A stretch of 64,000 nucleotides of DNA from Candidatus Poriferihabitaceae bacterium (GCA_965214055.1 OZ243931.1:1583380-1647379); one strand, 5' to 3'. Positions 9,718-19,028 are shown, numbered from the stretch's first letter. Made by a program: numbers and translations. Notes: a model not told the origin generated them from the sequence alone.

Positions 9718-9870
9718 TTACCGGTTGAGGGTCCGTTTCCAGTCACGCCGCAGGGGGCGCAGCCAAGTATCCTTTTTGGGTTTATCCGCCTGTTTGTACC
9801 GATCATACCGACCACGACCCTGAGTGGTACTGACATGGATCCATCCAGAGGCCTGGTAGACGGCCCCGGT
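9718..9870 (-). pseudogene. C-terminal relic of a DUF4338-family gene
   Basis: The tail GAVYQASGWIHVSTTQGRGRYDRYKQADKPKKDTWLRPLRRDWKRTLNR matches, from my recollection, the conserved C-terminus of DUF4338 proteins (...NWIHVG.T.GRG...KDIWL.PL...). The roughly 400 aa upstream of that region are absent. Confidence 0.5.
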
Positions 9871-9883
9871 ATGGAGCGTCAAC

Positions 9884-10444
9884 CTACATGATCGATACGC
9901 CCGATACGTAAGGGTGTGCCAGTGCCACAACAAGATAGACGACAACGCTTACCCCAAATCCTATTGCCTCTTTTGTCCATGTCGGCGTTTCAGGTTTTTT
10001 CCATTCTCCATCTCGACGATTGATAGCAACCACTTCAAGTATCGCCCAAAGCCCCAATCCGCCAAACAGAACAACTGATCGGGTGTCACCATTGGTCAAC
10101 AAATGTGCCAACGACCACACAAGGACAGCAGTGAGTTGTGGGTGTCGTATATATTGCTTCACTCTTGTTGGCATATTGGAAAGAACAAACAACGCAACGG
10201 ATACAAACATCAGTACCTTTGCAACTGGCGCCATGAAAGGTGTCGTTGCGTACAACAGTGACGGTGTTGTACTTCGCCATCCAAAGATGATCATGAGCAA
10301 AGACAGCAGAATAACTAACGCAAATGTAATCTGATATCCTGTGTTTCCAAGTTTGTCCTTCCACTTGGCTTTTACGGGCTGCGCCAATGAAGGAATGAAG
10401 TGCACTGCACTCCAAACCAGCAAGCCGATGAGTAGTAATGACAT
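9884..10444 (-). CDS. NnrU family membrane protein
   Basis: 186 aa and polytopic. MSLLLIGLLVWSAVHFIPS...HPQLTAVLVWSLAHLLTNGD is typical of NnrU. GC content is lower than the flanks. Confidence 0.8.
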   Translation of the reverse strand: MSLLLIGLLVWSAVHFIPSLAQPVKAKWKDKLGNTGYQITFALVILLSLLMIIFGWRSTTPSLLYATTPFMAPVAKVLMFVSVALFVLSNMPTRVKQYIRHPQLTAVLVWSLAHLLTNGDTRSVVLFGGLGLWAILEVVAINRRDGEWKKPETPTWTKEAIGFGVSVVVYLVVALAHPYVSGVSIM

Positions 10445-10484
10445 AGTCGGTTTTTATCCTTTATAGCGTTCGTTTCTCAGTTAA

Positions 10485-10856
10485 TTACGCGACACAACAC
10501 CCTGGGATCGCCATCTTCTCAAAAATATGTGGTGAGGCTACGGCACTAGGTGGATAGTCTTGGAGTGTCGCTTGAAATTCGGATCTTTCAAATGCACGTT
10601 TTAGGTCCTCTACTGACTCCCACACCGAGCAGTTAAGAAATACTCCACTCTCTCCGATCCCCCCATAAAGTTGCATGGAAATATACCCTGGTTGTTGTCT
10701 CATAATTTCGAAGTCGGTCGTCCAATGACGAACCAAGTCATCAGCTTCCTCTGGGGTGACCGAGATCTTGTTTATGACTGAAACTGGCCCACCTCCTTTC
10801 GTTTCCATCTGTTCGAAAAACGTAGGGCCTCTGCCCATTTCTTCAATTGTGATCAT
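10485..10856 (-). CDS. antibiotic biosynthesis monooxygenase (ABM) domain protein
   Basis: From ATG 10856: MITIEEMGRGPTFFEQ...INKISVTPEEADDLVRHW...QPGYISMQLYGG...FLNCSVWESVEDLKRAF, a ferredoxin-like ABM fold signature. The track ORF is extended upstream to 11003 across the divergent promoter. Confidence 0.75.
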   Translation of the reverse strand: MITIEEMGRGPTFFEQMETKGGGPVSVINKISVTPEEADDLVRHWTTDFEIMRQQPGYISMQLYGGIGESGVFLNCSVWESVEDLKRAFERSEFQATLQDYPPSAVASPHIFEKMAIPGCCVA

Positions 10857-10931
10857 GATTTCGTTCTCCCAAGTATGTTGTTGCTTTATGGTAAATAACT
10901 TTAGTACAATTTTGCAACTAGGCACATTTAC

Positions 10932-10944
10932 TATACTAAGTATA
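10932..10944. promoter_or_regulatory. 6-1-6 palindrome TATACT-A-AGTATA in the ABM/hxlR divergent region (candidate HxlR operator)
   Basis: Perfect inverted repeat flanked by direct ATTTACT copies (10926-10932 and 10944-10950). It lies in the 94-nt AT-rich spacer between the divergent ABM and hxlR genes. Confidence 0.3.
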
Positions 10945-10950
10945 TTTACT

Positions 10951-11307
10951 ATGGAATCAGAAACTCCTGAAGAGCGATCCTGTCCTCTCGAAGAGACCAT
11001 CAAGACATTCGCTGGAAAATGGAAACCATCTATTCTTCATTATTTGGCTGATGAGTCTTGTCGATTCAACGCATTAAAAAGGCGTATACCTGGCATCTCT
11101 CAACGAATGTTGACCCTGCAACTTCGTGAACTAGAAAAAGATGGACTGGTGATTCGCGAGCACTATCCTGAAATTCCACCAAGAGTTGAGTATTCCGTTA
11201 GTCCTTTAGGAAGAACTCTAGAGCCCATCTATCTTGCTATAAAGGAATGGGAGGAGACTCATTCTGACGCTATAGAAAAGGCTCGTCAAAAATATTTGGC
11301 TTCCTAA
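10951..11307 (+). CDS. HxlR family winged-helix transcriptional regulator
   Basis: From ATG 10951: MESETPEERSCPLEETIKTFAGKWKPSILHYL...RFNALKRRIPGISQRMLTLQLRELEKDGLVIREHYPEIPPRVEYSVSPLG, the canonical HxlR signature. Confidence 0.85.
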   Translation: MESETPEERSCPLEETIKTFAGKWKPSILHYLADESCRFNALKRRIPGISQRMLTLQLRELEKDGLVIREHYPEIPPRVEYSVSPLGRTLEPIYLAIKEWEETHSDAIEKARQKYLAS

Positions 11308-11724
11308 TATTCATCTACAAAAACGCAAATACCGACCCAAGTTGTTGAAAGCGCCTATGTCCGCTTCTAGCCGACAAGTGACGTATTCGAAGTCTATAAA
11401 ATAGCGCTAATTCGCTTTATTTAGTGAAAAAGGACTCGAATCAGAAAAATTTTTAGTGCGGGTTCAAATCCCAAACTTTAGGCAATAATCTGTCGGTATT
11501 TATGACGGTATAAAGGCAAAATTGAACTGAATATAACGATTAAAAACAAATAGTTATAACTTGATTCAATACCGGCCCTGATACCATGTCGACCAACAGG
11601 GGAAGGTGATACAGGGGGACACACATGGCTGGCCGGATGGTTGCTCGGAGAACCCCTTTGCGGACATCACGGCAGCCAGAACGATTGCGTGGAAAATCAA
11701 CCGTAAAAATATAGGGTACAACGT

Positions 11725-12750
11725 ATGAGATACCAATCCTCCATGGGGACATTCGCGTCAATGGCATGGGTGCTGTGTTTGTTGATGGTAGGCGTTCCGG
11801 CTCATTCGTCAGCCCCCTGCATGAACGAAGCCAGGGTGCTGGATTTCGGTTTCTACGCGGATTTCGGGCCGGTGAGCTACAGCGCCGACAGGGATGAGAA
11901 CTCTCCTGGCTTCCACCAGCATCGCGGATACGAAGCCGACCTGCTGGATGCCCTGGAAGCCATGGAACACCCGAAACTGTCGTTTTCCCGGCAGGGCATC
12001 GCGGTTTGGGATGGTATCTGGCTGCTTCCGGCCGGGCCTCGGTACGATATCGTCGGTGGAGGCATCACGATTCTGGATTCACGGACCCGGGACGCCTCCG
12101 GCAAGACGGCCATCGTCTTTACCTCGGGCCACATCAAGTTTCGCCAATCTCTTCTGATCCACACGGAGGATGCGCAACGGATCGTCCAGCACCGGGACCT
12201 GACCGGTGCGGACCGGGTGGGGGTGTTCCCGGGGACGACGGGGGAGGCACGCTTTTTGGTGCTGACCGGCCTTGCGGATGGGGACGGTGTGCTGGCCGCT
12301 GGTACACAGGTGGACACGCCCGCCGGCACGGTCGTTGCGGACGGCAGCATGCGCTATGTCATCAACGCCGCCGGGGCGTCCCCGGAATTGACTGACCGTC
12401 AGACATTGCGGCCGGCATCGGATACCCTGCCGACGGTGGTGTATTTCGCGGAGGACGAGGCGTTGATCGAGGCGCTTGTACACGGCAGTATTGATGCGAT
12501 CGCCCAGGGCGAAGTTGGCAACCGGGTCGAGGGGATGTTGCATGGGGATTTGCTTTCCGTAACCGCTCTGGATGACCTTTCCGAGACGGGCGGCTTTGCC
12601 CTGTCTGTGGAGGACGCGGAGCTGGCAGCATGCCTCGACCGGAACATTGAGTGGCTGACGGACGGTGGACGGATCGGTTATCAGGAATGGTTCAATGACC
12701 CCACGGTATTCCTGCAGCGTGCCCGGCAACCCATCCCGGAAGATGAATAG
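11725..12750 (+). CDS. secreted family-3 solute-binding protein-like (orphan; no permease or ATPase nearby)
   Basis: N-terminal signal peptide (MAWVLCLLMVGVPAHSSA), then GYEADLLDALA-type and GGGITI / GVFPGTTGE motifs of amino-acid-type SBPs. Very GC-rich (one sampled line 73%). Confidence 0.7.
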   Translation: MRYQSSMGTFASMAWVLCLLMVGVPAHSSAPCMNEARVLDFGFYADFGPVSYSADRDENSPGFHQHRGYEADLLDALEAMEHPKLSFSRQGIAVWDGIWLLPAGPRYDIVGGGITILDSRTRDASGKTAIVFTSGHIKFRQSLLIHTEDAQRIVQHRDLTGADRVGVFPGTTGEARFLVLTGLADGDGVLAAGTQVDTPAGTVVADGSMRYVINAAGASPELTDRQTLRPASDTLPTVVYFAEDEALIEALVHGSIDAIAQGEVGNRVEGMLHGDLLSVTALDDLSETGGFALSVEDAELAACLDRNIEWLTDGGRIGYQEWFNDPTVFLQRARQPIPEDE

Positions 12751-13006
12751 CGGTTTGTATATTTCACAGGGGCAAAAAATAAACGAACTTTCAGATTAAA
12801 ATCTGGAGAGTTTACGGGGGGTGGTTCTACCAGGTCATCACGAATCCCGTTGCCGCTGTCATCCTTCTCGACACAGGTCCAGTAACGCTTGCGTTTGTCC
12901 TTTTTTCGAGTGGCGTCGCACCACCTCTTGTACCATCTCACGCAGTCTCCCCAATGCCATCATTGCGCTGCACAGTTCGATTGCTCTGTGACCTCTGTGC
13001 ATTCGC

Positions 13007-14233
13007 TCAATTCCACAGACACGACAATGGCACTGCTGCCAGCCTGTCGCCGAACGGCACCACGTCCGTGCTGTCATAAAGGACGACACCGAAAGCGAAG
13101 CGGTCTTTGCAGGCCTCGGCCAGTACTCGCAGGCCTGAGAAGTCACCTGGTTTGGCCGTGGCACTCGCCTTGACCGCAATGCCGACGATCATTCCATCAT
13201 CGCGTTCCAGTATGATATCGACCTCATGCATGTTCCGGTCGCGGAAATGATACGGCGTCAGGTGCAGATCCGAGGCCGTGATCAGCTTGAGTACTTCCGA
13301 GAACACGAAGCTTTCCAAAAGTGCGTCGAATGTCCCGCGGTCCGCCTTCACCCTGGCGAAGGTCAGGCCCCGCGTGCTCGCCAGCAGGCCGGAATCGAGG
13401 AAGTGCAGCTTCGCTGTCTTGGCGATGCGCTTCAGTGTATTGGTGAACCAGGGCGCCAGTGTTGCGATCAGAAAGACCTGTTCGAGCAGCCCAACATAGC
13501 GCTGCCCCGTCTTGTGACTGACATTGATTCCGGCCCCGAACTGCGAATAGTTGACCAACTGGCCGGAATGCTCGGCCAGTAGCCGCACGAATTTCGGAAG
13601 CTCGGTCAGTTTCTCGACATCGGCGATGTCCCTGAGGTCGCGCGTGAGGACCGACGTGAGGTAGGACCGTGCCCAGGCCTGCCTGCGCCGCTCGCTTTCG
13701 CGGGCGATCGCTTCGGGAAAGCCACCAAGCAGGACGGTGTCGACGAGATCGTCGCCGACGATCACTTTGCGCTGATTTTGCAGCTTCCTCTCAAACAAGC
13801 GCTCTAGGAAGGTCGGTGTCCGGCCCTCAATCTCGGCCCTTGCCAGTGGCAGCATCTGGAGCGTTTCCATCCGGCCGGCCAGACTGTCGGCGACCCGCGG
13901 CAGGGTCAGCACATTCGCCGAGCCCGTGAGGAGAAAGCGGCCCGGGCGATAGTCCTCGTCGACCGTCTTCTTGATCGCCAGGAGCAAGTCGGGCGCGCGT
14001 TGGATTTCGTCGATGATGGCGCGGTCCAGACCCCTGATGAAACCGACCGGATCTGACTGGGCAGCCTCGAGCACGGTCTGGTCGTCCAGCGTGATATAGG
14101 TATGGCCGGCTTCACCCATTTTCTTGACGAGCGTGGTCTTGCCAGCCCGGCGCGGTCCCACAATAAGGACCACAGGCGTATCTGAAAGCGCTTCCTCCGC
14201 CCGGCGCTCTATAAACCGTTTGAACATTTCCAT
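13007..14233 (-). CDS. AAA family ATPase with DUF4143 C-terminal domain
   Basis: MFKRFIERR...VLIVGPRRAGKTTL (Walker A), IIDEIQRAPDL (Walker B), then a DUF4143-like C-terminus (HFLDSGL..., YHFRDRNMHEVDIIL). Start is among the clustered ATGs at 14239/14233/14227; the track start 14290 is probably too long. Confidence 0.85.
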   Translation of the reverse strand: MEMFKRFIERRAEEALSDTPVVLIVGPRRAGKTTLVKKMGEAGHTYITLDDQTVLEAAQSDPVGFIRGLDRAIIDEIQRAPDLLLAIKKTVDEDYRPGRFLLTGSANVLTLPRVADSLAGRMETLQMLPLARAEIEGRTPTFLERLFERKLQNQRKVIVGDDLVDTVLLGGFPEAIARESERRRQAWARSYLTSVLTRDLRDIADVEKLTELPKFVRLLAEHSGQLVNYSQFGAGINVSHKTGQRYVGLLEQVFLIATLAPWFTNTLKRIAKTAKLHFLDSGLLASTRGLTFARVKADRGTFDALLESFVFSEVLKLITASDLHLTPYHFRDRNMHEVDIILERDDGMIVGIAVKASATAKPGDFSGLRVLAEACKDRFAFGVVLYDSTDVVPFGDRLAAVPLSCLWN

Positions 14234-14620
14234 TTCCATCTCCGAGTCCCCGACAATTGGAATTATCCATACCGGCTGATTGGAAGTCAATGGGCCGCTA
14301 ATTGGAACTCTCCAGGCCGCGATTTGGAAGGAGTTGGGAGGGGAAAGTCACATAATCGCCAAGATATTTGTTCTTTTCGAAATAGTGGGTATTCCACGGC
14401 TGTAAAGATCACCCTCTGTATTGCTGATCCATTCCGCGATAGCATTCGGTACCTGCGAGGCCGACGGTTTCCGTCGAACGGCGACATTAAGCTGAAAATT
14501 TTCACGGTTCACACGGAACCCCCAGGAATTGATTTTTGCCGCTTTGCCCCGCAGAATCAGGGGGTTTTCTGCCGGACACCAAAAAATTCACTGGGACCGT
14601 ATTCAACCCGTAAAAATATT

Positions 14621-15721
14621 ATGGCATTGAAAGTGCTTGCATTGGGGGGGGATGGAATCGGCCCTGAGGTGGTCGACGCTTCCCTGAAAGTCCTGGACGT
14701 TGCGGCCGCTTCGATTGGACTTGCCGTGGACCTCAGCGAAGACCTGCTTCACGGGGCCGCATGGGAACGGTACGGGACCTTTATCCGCCCGCGGACCCTG
14801 GAAGTGGCCCGGCAGTCCGATGCCCTCCTGGTCGGTGCAGTCGGCGGCCCGAAATGGGATCACATCGTGATCGAGGGGGGTCCGGAGGAACAGGACGGTT
14901 TGATGAAACTCCGCCACGAGCTGGATGTGTTTGCCTGTATTCGCCATGCCCGGTCCTGGGAGGCCCTGCTGGACAAAACCCCCTTTTTGCCGGAGCGTGT
15001 CCGGGGTGCGGATATTGTGGTCATGCGGGAACTGTGTGGTGGCGCGATGTTTACCCGGACCCGGGGCGTGGAAACCTGCACAAATGGTCACCGCCGTGGC
15101 TATGACCTGAATGAATACCACAGCGAGGAAATCGAACGGTTTGCCCGGGTTGGTTTTGGGGTCGCCCGGCGACGCAGGGGGCGGGTGGTTTCCGTGGACA
15201 AGTCCAATGTGTTCATGGCCGGGAAGCTCTGGCGGGAGGTGGTCGCAGAGGTCGCAAAATCGGAGTTTCCGGATGTGGAGTTGACCCATTTGTTCACGGA
15301 TTTCGCTTCCTACCGGATGTGTTGCGAGCCCACTTCCTTTGACGTGATCCTGGCGGACAACCTGTTTGGGGACCTTTTGTCTGACCAGGCAGGGGCCATC
15401 GCCGGCTCTCTGGGGATGCTGGCTTCTGCGTCCTTGCCGGACCTGCCCGACGGAGGATGTGTGCAGGGGACGGCAATCTATGAACCGGTCCATGGCAGTG
15501 CGCCAGACATCACAGGGCAGGGAATTGCCAACCCGGTGGGCATGATCCTTTCCATGGCCATGATGCTTGAATACAGTGCCGGGGCCGTGTCTTGCGCAAG
15601 GAAAATCGAAGCGGCGGTGGATGCGGCCTTGAATGCAGGGTTTGCGACCCGGGACATCGGCGGAAGGCAGGGAACCGCGGAGATGACCGATGCCATCATC
15701 CAGCAGTTCCGGTCCCTGTAG
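14621..15721 (+). CDS. isopropylmalate/tartrate dehydrogenase family beta-hydroxyacid oxidative decarboxylase (LeuB paralogue)
   Basis: From ATG 14621: MALKVLALGGDGIGPEVVDASLKVL...LLVGAVGGPKWD...NLFGDLLSDQAGAIAGSLGM...YEPVHGSAPDI. Not in a leuCD context. Confidence 0.85.
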   Translation: MALKVLALGGDGIGPEVVDASLKVLDVAAASIGLAVDLSEDLLHGAAWERYGTFIRPRTLEVARQSDALLVGAVGGPKWDHIVIEGGPEEQDGLMKLRHELDVFACIRHARSWEALLDKTPFLPERVRGADIVVMRELCGGAMFTRTRGVETCTNGHRRGYDLNEYHSEEIERFARVGFGVARRRRGRVVSVDKSNVFMAGKLWREVVAEVAKSEFPDVELTHLFTDFASYRMCCEPTSFDVILADNLFGDLLSDQAGAIAGSLGMLASASLPDLPDGGCVQGTAIYEPVHGSAPDITGQGIANPVGMILSMAMMLEYSAGAVSCARKIEAAVDAALNAGFATRDIGGRQGTAEMTDAIIQQFRSL

Positions 15722-15735
15722 TCGGGAGTGGTACG

Positions 15736-17430
15736 ATGACCGCCAGAATACCGGAATATGATTATGTGGTAGCCGGGGGAGGGTCTGCAGGCTGTACCCT
15801 GGCGGCCCGGCTGAGTGAAGATCCCTCTCTCAGGGTCCTGCTGGTTGAGGCGGGGGGAAACGGCCGCAGCCTGTTTACCCGTATGCCGGCGGGGAACGGC
15901 ATTCTGATAGGAAACAAAAAGTACGACTGGGGCCTGAAAAGTGTTGCCCAGGAAAAAATGCAGGGGAGAACCATCTATTATCCCCGTGGCCTGGGTCTGG
16001 GGGGCAGTTCCCTGCTCAACGGCATGATTTACATTCGCGGCAACCCGGCGGACTACAACCGCTGGGCCGACAACGGTCTGAAGGGATGGTCCTATGCCGA
16101 GGTGCTGCCGTATTTCAAGCGATCTGCCGGTGCCCCCCACCGACCGGGGGATGCCTACCACAGTGTGGATGGAGCGATGAAGCTGAGTCCGTCCGGAAAC
16201 CTGACCCGACTGAGCAAGGTGTTTATGAAAGCCTGCCAGGAGGCGGGGTCGCCGCTGTCCACGGATTTCAATGGTGTTTCCCAGCTGGGAGTGGGTCATA
16301 TCGACACCAAGGTGTTTGGGGGAATACGCCAGTCTGCAGCCGAAGCCTATCTCTCCCGGGTGCCGGACAACCTCACCATCGTGACACATACCCGGGTTCT
16401 CGCCGTTGAGTTTGAAGGGTCCCGGGCAGTGGGCCTGAAACTGTCTACCGGCCCGGTCCGTGCGGCCAGGGAGGTCCATCTGTGTCTGGGTGCATTTCAT
16501 TCCCCCCAGATGCTGATGCTTTCGGGGATTGGTCCGGCGGATCATCTGGTATCCCATGGTATTCCGGTACGAATGGACCTGGCAGGAGTCGGCACCAGGA
16601 TGTATGACCACCCCAATGTTCCCCTGCAGTACGACATTCTGGACAAAAGTCTCAGCATGGCACGTCATCAGCGCTTTGACCGGGCGGCCCGGCTGGTCTG
16701 GCAATACCTTGTCAGGCGTTCTGGACCAGGGAGCGGACCATTCTGGTCGGTGGTACTGTTTCATGCCCTGCGAAATGCCGACCGCCCGGAGCTGGAAGTG
16801 TTTTTCACGCCCATGGTGGTCAGGGAAGAAGGTGCCGGGGGTGGCTGGAATCTGCAGACCCTGATGCGTCCGGGTCGATCAATCATTGCCCGGGGAAAGA
16901 TGGCCAGACCCGGATTTCAATTTGATGTAAACTTGTTGCGGCCCAGGAGCCACGGCACGGTCCGGTTGAGTTCAAACGACCCCATGAAGATGCCGGCGGT
17001 GGACCCGGGCTACTTTACCCATGAAGAGGATATTCGTGACTTGGTTGCAGGCGTACGGTATATGAGAGAGGTGGTGGCCCAGCCCGCCTTTAAGGGTATT
17101 GTCGGGGAGGAATTGTCCCCCGGACATTCCGCCGGAACACAGGCCGGGATCGAAAACGCAGTCCGGACACTGGCAACCACCGGGCACCATCCGGTTTCCA
17201 CCTGTCCCATGGGCGGGGACAATGACTCCCTTGCCGTGCTCGACGATGCGCTGCGGGTTCGTGGCGTGGAGGGGTTGCGCGTGATTGACGGGTCGAGTCT
17301 GCCCGGCCAGGTCAGCGGGAATGTGAATGCCCCGATCATCATGATCGCAGAGAAGGCGGCGGATATGGTGCTTGGCCGGCCACCGTTGCCCCCTGAAGAC
17401 CCGGGGAAACCGAAAGAATTGAAACGATGA
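15736..17430 (+). CDS. GMC family FAD oxidoreductase (choline/alcohol dehydrogenase-like)
   Basis: From ATG 15736: YDYVVAGGGSAGCTLAARLSEDP...VLLVEAGG (FAD fingerprint), GLGGSSLLNGMIYIRG, and a C-terminal HHPVSTCPMG...VRGVEGLRVIDGSSLP. Confidence 0.9.
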   Translation: MTARIPEYDYVVAGGGSAGCTLAARLSEDPSLRVLLVEAGGNGRSLFTRMPAGNGILIGNKKYDWGLKSVAQEKMQGRTIYYPRGLGLGGSSLLNGMIYIRGNPADYNRWADNGLKGWSYAEVLPYFKRSAGAPHRPGDAYHSVDGAMKLSPSGNLTRLSKVFMKACQEAGSPLSTDFNGVSQLGVGHIDTKVFGGIRQSAAEAYLSRVPDNLTIVTHTRVLAVEFEGSRAVGLKLSTGPVRAAREVHLCLGAFHSPQMLMLSGIGPADHLVSHGIPVRMDLAGVGTRMYDHPNVPLQYDILDKSLSMARHQRFDRAARLVWQYLVRRSGPGSGPFWSVVLFHALRNADRPELEVFFTPMVVREEGAGGGWNLQTLMRPGRSIIARGKMARPGFQFDVNLLRPRSHGTVRLSSNDPMKMPAVDPGYFTHEEDIRDLVAGVRYMREVVAQPAFKGIVGEELSPGHSAGTQAGIENAVRTLATTGHHPVSTCPMGGDNDSLAVLDDALRVRGVEGLRVIDGSSLPGQVSGNVNAPIIMIAEKAADMVLGRPPLPPEDPGKPKELKR

Positions 17431-19025
17431 CGGGTCCGATAACCTGTGGCGAAGCCACCATGCGGCTTCTGGAAAAATATGGTGTCACGACGGTATTTGG
17501 CATCCCCGGCGTGCATACCCTGGATTTTTGCCGGGGCCTGGATCATGGTCGGGAGATTGTCCATGTCCAGACACGGAACGAGCAGGGTGCCGGGTTCATG
17601 GCGGAAGGCTGGGCCCGGGCCACGGGTCAACCCGGTGTGGCGCTGGTGATTTCCGGGCCCGGGGTCACCAATGCCAGTACGGCCCTGGGCCAGGCCTGGG
17701 CGGACAGCCTGCCCATGCTGCTGATTTCGGCCGAGGCGGCCAGCTATACCATTGGGAAGGGATGGGGGGTCCTGCATGAAATTACGGAACAGAAAAAGGT
17801 CACCGACCCCCTGACCGCATTCTCCGCTACGGCACGGTCTGCAGCGGATGTGCCGGGGTTGCTTGCCCAGGCGTTTTCCCTGTTTGCCAGCCAGCGACCC
17901 CGGCCGGTTCACATCTCCATCCCCATCGATGTTCAGGCACAGATGGTGAATGAGGCATGGCAGCCGGTGAAACTGCCCGCAGCGGCCGTGCCGGGAAACC
18001 GGCAGATCGAAGAGGCCAGAAGGTTGTTGATCCGTGCAAAACGGCCTCTGCTCATGCTGGGCGGGGGTGCCTGGCAGGCAGGTCCTGCACTGGTTTCCAT
18101 CGCCGAATCCCTGGGTGCCATGGTGATTGCCTCCACAGCGGGGAAGGGAATTGTACCGGACGATCACCCCCTGTCCCTGTCGGCTTCCACCGTTCGTCCA
18201 GAGGTGCTGGGTTTCCTCAAGGAGGCCGATGTGATCCTGGCGGTGGGCAGCGAGTTGTCGGAAACCGACAGTTTTGTAGAACGTATGGACCTGCAGGGAA
18301 AATTGATCCGGGTGGATATTGACGTATCCAAGATGAACGACTTCTATCCCGCTGATCTGGCCATCGTCGCCGATGCAAAAGTGACCATGGAGAGGCTGGC
18401 CACCGCGTTGAGTGACCATGTTCCGGTTGACCGGCCGGGTGCGGAAGACCGGGTAGCGGCCATTCGTACCCAAATCAGTGCCAATCTTTCCGCGTCTGAA
18501 ATCCAGCACACGGCCCTGCTTGGGCGGCTTGCAGACATTGCGCCACCGGATACCATCTGGTGCGGAGATGTCTGCCAGCTGGTGTATACCGGTGCCTTTG
18601 CCATGCCGATGAAAAGTCCGCGGAAATGGTTCTATCCTGCAGGGTACTGCGCACTGGGGAATGCCCTTCCGAATGCTATCGGCGCCAAGCTGGCACAGCC
18701 CGACAGCCCCGTGGTGGTGCTGGCTGGTGACGGCGGTTTCATGTTTACCATGCCGGAGCTGATGACTGCTGCAGAACGGGAGCTGGGCCTGCCCATCGTG
18801 ATCTGGGAGAATGGCGGCCTGAAACAGATTCAGGACGACATGGACAGCCGAAACATTCCCCGGGTAGGGGTTGAAGGAGTGAATCCGGATTTTGTGGCGC
18901 TGGCCCAGGCGTGTCACTGCCATGGCGTGAGACCCCGGAACCCGGAAGAATTCGAAACCGCATTTTTGGATGCATTGAACCGCGACCGGCCTACTGTCAT
19001 CGTGGTTGAGGAACAGCGAGACTGA
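17427..19025 (+). CDS. thiamine diphosphate-dependent enzyme (acetolactate synthase / 2-oxoacid decarboxylase-like)
   Basis: TVFGIPGVHTLDF...RNEQGAGFMAEGWARATGQPGV...GPGVTNA (Pyr domain), and GDGGFMFTMPELMTAAERELGLPIVIWENGG (ThDP-binding motif). Its ATG overlaps the GMC stop (ATGA). Confidence 0.9.
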   Translation: MTGPITCGEATMRLLEKYGVTTVFGIPGVHTLDFCRGLDHGREIVHVQTRNEQGAGFMAEGWARATGQPGVALVISGPGVTNASTALGQAWADSLPMLLISAEAASYTIGKGWGVLHEITEQKKVTDPLTAFSATARSAADVPGLLAQAFSLFASQRPRPVHISIPIDVQAQMVNEAWQPVKLPAAAVPGNRQIEEARRLLIRAKRPLLMLGGGAWQAGPALVSIAESLGAMVIASTAGKGIVPDDHPLSLSASTVRPEVLGFLKEADVILAVGSELSETDSFVERMDLQGKLIRVDIDVSKMNDFYPADLAIVADAKVTMERLATALSDHVPVDRPGAEDRVAAIRTQISANLSASEIQHTALLGRLADIAPPDTIWCGDVCQLVYTGAFAMPMKSPRKWFYPAGYCALGNALPNAIGAKLAQPDSPVVVLAGDGGFMFTMPELMTAAERELGLPIVIWENGGLKQIQDDMDSRNIPRVGVEGVNPDFVALAQACHCHGVRPRNPEEFETAFLDALNRDRPTVIVVEEQRD

Positions 19026-19028
19026 ACG

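Noticed and set aside
12681-12941. 86-aa basic minus-strand ORF (MRWYKRWCDATRKKDKRKRYW...)
   Set aside because: It has no recognisable domain and no SD, and it lies in debris between two converging genes. It may be a relic, but I cannot support a call.
14324-14620. 5' extensions of track ORFs. Examples: 14324 for the IPMDH-like gene, 15592 for GMC, 26624 for GNAT, 29315 for the ABC ATPase, 30363 and 31376 for the permeases, 35553 for lpxK, 40322 for rsmB, 56995 for hisI, 61123 for tsaD.
   Set aside because: The track reports the longest ORF from any ATG, GTG or TTG. Family N-termini and upstream gene ends show that the true starts are internal, so coordinates were trimmed accordingly.
15478-16764. 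428-aa minus-strand ORF
   Set aside because: Antisense shadow of the IPMDH-like and GMC genes, with no recognisable motifs.
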